From the sequence record OP991903.1: 40,000 nucleotides of DNA, one strand, 5' to 3'. This stretch comes from Erwinia phage vB_Ea277G. Both the position numbers and the translations under genes were made by a program. The first letter of the stretch is position 1. Each line of letters starts with the position of its first letter. Shown one piece after another: positions 35,373 to 40,000 of the stretch. Below the pieces are notes generated by a model, which was given only the letters and a program-made list of their open reading frames with translations, was not told the origin of the DNA and made no database searches.

Positions 35373-36920
35373 ATGAGAATCCGCTCTGATGTTGAGCTGC
35401 TCGGTGAAACCAAAGCGGTTATAATCGAGCATGGGAGTGAACAGATTGTTTACAACCTTGGGTACTATTCGAAAATCCGGGCAGGCGACATCAACGATAC
35501 TTTCCGCGACATTAACAATTATTGGGAATGGCGTGAGAAGATGGGGGATGATGAAACCCGTGAAGTCTTTGCGTTGTTTAAAGAAGCAGCAGAATCGTTG
35601 AATAACACGATTAACCAAACATACCGCTTCCGTGAAGTACGGGACGCGGTGAAAAAATTAATGGCATTGCATCCGGTTGACCTGATGTGCCATTGGGTGA
35701 AAACGCACAGCGACATCCGTTTCCCGGATACGTTGGCGACCACCCTAAACGATGGACACCGGGTAGAGCAAACCTACCTGGAACCTGAGTACCATGACTT
35801 GACAGCATTGTCGGTGGTACTGAAAGTGATGTTACCTATCTGGGGGGAATACCTCGGGATGCGTAACTCAATAACCGATACGTTCCCAGAGAAACGAGCG
35901 TTGGGGTTAGTGGAACAAACGGTACTGGCTGAGAGCAATGCTTATCAGCGTCTGGAAGAATTCGTGAGTGCAACGTTGGAGCACAAAGGAATCATTTCCG
36001 GCACCAGTACGTTACTGCAAGGGATTGGGACGTTGGACATGCCAGACTGGATGTTCAGTCAATGTGTTGTTGACCGTTTGACCCAGATTCGTCTGTCGCA
36101 CAAAGACGATGACCAGGAGAAGACGGGGAACGTCATTGCGAACTTGTTCAACTACATTGACACCCGTGTCAAAGCCGTAGAAGAACGCCAGGGGTTCCGT
36201 GTCCGCGATAAAGAGATAGACCGTGGTGGCAAAAACGAAGAGGACAATACATCCACAGCGGAGAACCATACATTACGTGCTAACGTATCGGAGGTAACAG
36301 AAGCCATCTTCGACTTCTATACAGAAGACGACAGGGCGAATGCACTGGCGATAAAGCCGGACATTGACCTGGAGATGGTGCGTCATCAAATCAACATGAA
36401 CATGGCAAGGAAATCTTTCAACCCGAAAGAGTTTCAGATGCGTCTGGCAGGGTTAATTACCAAGCCGGTCGTTACGCCACGTTCTTACGGATACATCAAC
36501 CGAGATGGTACGGTCAAGCTGATGTCGATTGCACAGGTCGTCTGTCATGAGTGGGGGTTCTCCACCATCGCAGAATTGATTGGCGCAAGCGAAGCTCGAC
36601 GCCGTGACCCCTCTCTAGGGGACAACAAATTCGGCCGTGTTCAAACCAAAGATTACCAGAACTCGGCGCTGGAGAAGTTGCTCCCTTATCGACGTACCGT
36701 GAAGCTGAACAAACAAGGTAACCGCACCACGTCTAAGAACCCGGCGGTGATTGCAATTGAAGCAATCATGGCGGCGTGCTCAGACCACTGCTGGTCACCA
36801 CAAGTTGTTGATGCTATCCACGATGAATCAGAGATGATTCGCGTCGAAGACAGTTGCTACATCGTGCCGATGAATTTCCGCCAGGTGTTAGCAGACTTTT
36901 ACATTAAACTCAATTCCTAA
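35373..36920 (+). CDS. Hypothetical 515-aa protein
   Basis: Long ORF; similar in length to the phiKZ nvRNAP-specific subunit gp68, but no sequence motif confirms that. Confidence 0.85.
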   Translation: MRIRSDVELLGETKAVIIEHGSEQIVYNLGYYSKIRAGDINDTFRDINNYWEWREKMGDDETREVFALFKEAAESLNNTINQTYRFREVRDAVKKLMALHPVDLMCHWVKTHSDIRFPDTLATTLNDGHRVEQTYLEPEYHDLTALSVVLKVMLPIWGEYLGMRNSITDTFPEKRALGLVEQTVLAESNAYQRLEEFVSATLEHKGIISGTSTLLQGIGTLDMPDWMFSQCVVDRLTQIRLSHKDDDQEKTGNVIANLFNYIDTRVKAVEERQGFRVRDKEIDRGGKNEEDNTSTAENHTLRANVSEVTEAIFDFYTEDDRANALAIKPDIDLEMVRHQINMNMARKSFNPKEFQMRLAGLITKPVVTPRSYGYINRDGTVKLMSIAQVVCHEWGFSTIAELIGASEARRRDPSLGDNKFGRVQTKDYQNSALEKLLPYRRTVKLNKQGNRTTSKNPAVIAIEAIMAACSDHCWSPQVVDAIHDESEMIRVEDSCYIVPMNFRQVLADFYIKLNS

Positions 36921-36935
36921 TAACGAGGCCTATAA

Positions 36936-38468
36936 ATGGAACCGCGTGTACTCGAAGCAACCTTCTACGTAACTTCCGGTCAAGAAGACCAGTACGGTCG
37001 TCACTACGTCCCGAACCGTCGTTCTGACCATGTACGTGAAACCTTCCTGCGTGAAACCAATGACGGACGTAATCTGGATGCCTCCACCTGCGCCCGTGCC
37101 GTAGGTGAAATCCTGGAACTGCGTGCCGATGTGGGTCGTAATGACATTATTCAGATTGCCAACGGTTGGGATGAAGAACGTCTGGCGTTCATCATCGTGG
37201 TCCTGACCGAAGACTACGCAGGGTCTTCCTGCCGCCAGGTACTGACCGGCTTTACTGACAAAGCTGACCTGTCGTTGTCTGGCGAGATGGACCCGGATAC
37301 CGTACTGTACATCAACAACACGTTCACCATCCGTGATGAAGAAATTGAAACGGGTCGCGGCCGTCGTCGTGGTAGCCGTATGGAATCCAGTGAGTACATT
37401 ATCCGTGGCCGTCGTGCAACGGAACGTAACCTCATTGGCGTACAGAACCATGATACTCTGATTCGTCCACAGGACATCTTCTTCCAGAAGTCCGAAGCAC
37501 AAACCGTGGGACGTTTCGGTGGCGCTGATGCGTACAACGATTCCCGTACGAACCTGTCCGGTGATTTTAAGACAGCCCGTCGTATCCACAACAACCCAGC
37601 GAACTACCTGTCCGATATCATTCGTACCGGTGTAACGGCAGAAACCGTTGACCAGAACGAACGCGGTACCCGTCATTCTGACGATAACCGTATGGACGAA
37701 GAAATGGAACGTCAGGACGACCTCAACCCGAGCGAACGTGCAGCAGCGATGTTGCGTGGGACCGAGTTGCACCGTAATGAACTGTTCCGTAACTTCCTGT
37801 CTCGTACCGAATACGAACGCAATGCCGAAATCACATTCTCTGAATTCCAGGACTGTGTTGACTGGCCGCGTGATGTACGTGCAATGATGGTAGGCTTCGG
37901 CTCTGCTCGTCATACCGACACCAACCGTGTTCGTCGTGGTGATACCAACGAATGGCGTGGCGCGAACAACGTGACCATGGCCGCTGAGATGATTTCGAAG
38001 ACCTTACCTGCTCTGGTCATGAACAACTTCATCTCGTCTGCCATCATCGAAATGACCAACGAAACTCTCGACGGTCAAATTCGTTGCAGCGTTATCAACG
38101 CAATGCCGCTGATTCGTGACATGGATATCTCCCGTTACGAACAGGCGCTGGAACTGCGTCTGGAAACCGACCTGGGTCTGCTGCTGTCTCGTAACAACCA
38201 GCTGCCTTTCAACATGTCCGTGAACATCCGTGTTACTACTGACATGCTGATTAAAATCTCCGTTGACGGTAGTCCAATGGAACCGTTTAACTCACCGGTC
38301 TTCTGTGATGGCCTGTTGTCTCCGATGAAAGCAAATGACAGTAGTGTCCTGCAAAACATCGTGAACGACATGGACGACCTGATTACCGCCGCGATTGACC
38401 ATAACAGCCGTAGCCGCGACACCCGTCGTGAAGAAACGTCTGCGTCACGCTTCCTGCTCGATTTATAA
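36936..38468 (+). CDS. Highly codon-biased 510-aa protein with internal Arg-rich segment
   Basis: ORF MEPRVLEATFYVTSGQ...; GRGRRRGSR segment. Confidence 0.88.
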   Translation: MEPRVLEATFYVTSGQEDQYGRHYVPNRRSDHVRETFLRETNDGRNLDASTCARAVGEILELRADVGRNDIIQIANGWDEERLAFIIVVLTEDYAGSSCRQVLTGFTDKADLSLSGEMDPDTVLYINNTFTIRDEEIETGRGRRRGSRMESSEYIIRGRRATERNLIGVQNHDTLIRPQDIFFQKSEAQTVGRFGGADAYNDSRTNLSGDFKTARRIHNNPANYLSDIIRTGVTAETVDQNERGTRHSDDNRMDEEMERQDDLNPSERAAAMLRGTELHRNELFRNFLSRTEYERNAEITFSEFQDCVDWPRDVRAMMVGFGSARHTDTNRVRRGDTNEWRGANNVTMAAEMISKTLPALVMNNFISSAIIEMTNETLDGQIRCSVINAMPLIRDMDISRYEQALELRLETDLGLLLSRNNQLPFNMSVNIRVTTDMLIKISVDGSPMEPFNSPVFCDGLLSPMKANDSSVLQNIVNDMDDLITAAIDHNSRSRDTRREETSASRFLLDL

Positions 38469-38482
38469 GGAACCAGTAGAAA

Positions 38483-39841
38483 ATGTCCGATAAAAAGAAA
38501 CCTATTGCGAAGTTTTACGGTCAAGTCCTTACTGCCATTGGACTGTCAGTTGACGACACCGGCTTCGTAACGCTGAAACAGGAGGGGGTTAACATCCCCT
38601 TCACCATCGAAGGGAAGCAACTGCGTGTCCCAACCGAAGAGTTCCTGGCAGACCCAGACTGGGATAACTTCTGGGCATTCCATCCGCTGGGTGAGAACCT
38701 GATTCGTAAGAAGTCTCTGATTCATGAACGTACCGTGAAGATGGCACAACACCATTTGAACGGCGCACTGACTGAACTGATTCTGACCATGAGCAAACTG
38801 GCGGCGGAAACCGAGCAGCATTCTCAGGTTACCACCGAACAGAAAGGGTTCCTGCGTCTGATGGAAGATGCGGACGAGCGCACCTATAAAGGTATCAAAG
38901 ACGTTCTGTTGAAAAACATGGACGGTGAGGAGAAAGCCCTCATCAACCTGTTCGTGCGTCGTAACGGTACCTGGAAAGGCGAAGAAGTGGCACGCCTGTG
39001 TTCCGTGTCCTTCCCCGTGATGGATGAAGAGTACACCGGCGGTAAAGCCATCTACGGTAAGAACCTGGCGCGGGTCTCTGACAAAGAAGCTTTCTTCAAG
39101 CTGATTCGCCACATCCTGCCGGGTATCGACGAAGCCGACCTGCATTACAACTACGGGTCGAATTCACCGGTGGCTCCAAACTTCCATGCGTTAATGATGG
39201 CCTACAGCCGTGTGGCGAAAGACATCAACGCGCAGCTCAAAATCTTTGAGTCCTATAACCCGGCGCTGAAAGCCTGGATTATCCCGACCAACTGGACGAA
39301 AGAGATGTCAATGTTGAACGATTACCGTTTAGACATTCCATCCTCTCTGCCGGGTAACGAAGGGGAAGCGGACGAAGGGACGCTGAAGGAAGAGAAGGAC
39401 CGTCTGGCCAAAGAGAAAGGGCGTGAAGAACGTCGTGAACTCCGTGACCAGCACAGCCGTGGCGGAAACCGTTATACGGACAATCGTGGTAGCCGTGATG
39501 AACCTCGCCGTGCCTCTTGGGGTGGCGGACGTCGTGACGAACGTGACGATGACCGTGGTGGACGTGGTGGTAACTGGGGCGGACGTGGGCGTGATGACGA
39601 CCGCGATGACCGCGACAGTCGTTACAGCCGTGACCGTGGTCGCAGCCGTGATGATTACGACGACCGCCGTGGTCGTGAACGTGACCGTGACGACCGCTAT
39701 AGCCGTGACCGCGAAGATGACCGCGGGCGTGGACGCGATGATGCACGTGAAACCACCTCTTCCGGTATCAGCCGTGACTGGGGTGAATCAGTACGTGATG
39801 ACCGCAGTCGCGACCGTGGGCGCGGCGGCTGGCGTCGTTAA
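38483..39841 (+). CDS. Protein with C-terminal Arg/Asp/Gly-rich mixed-charge domain
   Basis: 452-aa ORF; final ~120 aa dominated by R, D, G, S and Y (RDDDRDDRDSRYSRDRGRSRDDYDDRRGRERDRDDR...). Confidence 0.88.
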   Translation: MSDKKKPIAKFYGQVLTAIGLSVDDTGFVTLKQEGVNIPFTIEGKQLRVPTEEFLADPDWDNFWAFHPLGENLIRKKSLIHERTVKMAQHHLNGALTELILTMSKLAAETEQHSQVTTEQKGFLRLMEDADERTYKGIKDVLLKNMDGEEKALINLFVRRNGTWKGEEVARLCSVSFPVMDEEYTGGKAIYGKNLARVSDKEAFFKLIRHILPGIDEADLHYNYGSNSPVAPNFHALMMAYSRVAKDINAQLKIFESYNPALKAWIIPTNWTKEMSMLNDYRLDIPSSLPGNEGEADEGTLKEEKDRLAKEKGREERRELRDQHSRGGNRYTDNRGSRDEPRRASWGGGRRDERDDDRGGRGGNWGGRGRDDDRDDRDSRYSRDRGRSRDDYDDRRGRERDRDDRYSRDREDDRGRGRDDARETTSSGISRDWGESVRDDRSRDRGRGGWRR

Positions 39842-39845
39842 CAGA

Positions 39846-39880
39846 AAAGAGGGGCTTCGGCCCCTCTTTCTTTTTTCTTT
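39846..39880 (+). terminator. Rho-independent terminator
   Basis: AAAGAGGGGC-TTCG-GCCCCTCTTT + CTTTTTTCTTTC. Confidence 0.88.
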
Positions 39881-39896
39881 CTTAGAGGACCCGAAC

Positions 39897-40000
39897 ATGG
39901 CAAAAGTACCCAAACCTAACCCGCTAAGGAAATCTCTCGACGACCTGATTAAGCAGGCGGAAATTGACGCCAAAGAAATGCACCGGTTGCGCATGGAAAC
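39897..40000 (+). CDS. 5' part of a CDS running off the right edge (MAKVPKPNPLRKSLDDLIKQAEIDAKEMHRLRME...)
   Basis: AGAGGA upstream of ATG; open to window end. Confidence 0.6.
   Translation, partial: MAKVPKPNPLRKSLDDLIKQAEIDAKEMHRLRME

Noticed and set aside
36930-37913. Minus-strand ORF of 327 aa
   Set aside because: Fully antisense to the strongly codon-biased 36936-38468 gene; biased codons suppress stops in the opposite strand. No independent start signal.
39279-39746. Minus-strand His/Gly/Arg-rich ORF (MHHRVHARGHLRGH...)
   Set aside because: Antisense reading of the Arg/Asp-rich low-complexity tract; composition artefact.
39400-39838. Possible CRISPR-like or tandem DNA repeat from recurring CGTGAC/GACCGT units
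   Set aside because: Units are irregular, not separated by unique spacers, and explained by Arg/Asp coding.

Overview
The window looks like the early/middle and replication-transcription region of a large phiKZ-like (nucleus-forming type) jumbo phage genome of about 50% GC. It is densely coded and mostly on the + strand, with three minus-strand CDSs: partial <1-120, 17239-18069 and 25853-26926. Anchors readable from sequence: (1) a PhuZ-type tubulin/FtsZ homolog (18172-19140); (2) a family-B DNA polymerase fragment with palm/fingers motifs B and C but no visible motif A or exonuclease domain, so probably a split polymerase (23719-25869); (3) the N-terminal part of a multisubunit RNA polymerase beta' subunit with a Cys4 zinc element and NADFDGDQ (29236-30645); (4) an SbcD-like metallophosphoesterase (about 32333-33439); (5) an SSB-like protein ending DFDSDIPF (34433-35212); (6) a 656-aa, strongly codon-biased gene next to the beta' gene, the best positional candidate for a chimallin/ChmA-like nuclear shell protein (27178-29148, inference only); (7) a protein with a ~120-aa Arg/Asp/Gly mixed-charge low-complexity tail (38483-39841). 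About 35 further small + strand ORFs have no recognisable function. They include a tandem duplicate pair (12804-13654), a series of short, possibly related alpha+beta proteins (19.6-23.2 kb), a signal-peptide-bearing lytic transglycosylase, a DUF4262-like protein, a possible CYTH-like protein and small putative DNA-binding proteins. Intergenic regions carry a repeated TATATTA(C/T) element matching the described phiKZ early promoter element, a second repeated (A)ATTTTTTACG-like element, many strong hairpins, and several structured, non-coding stretches of 100-480 nt. No CRISPR, tRNA, rRNA, integrase or transposase was recognised.
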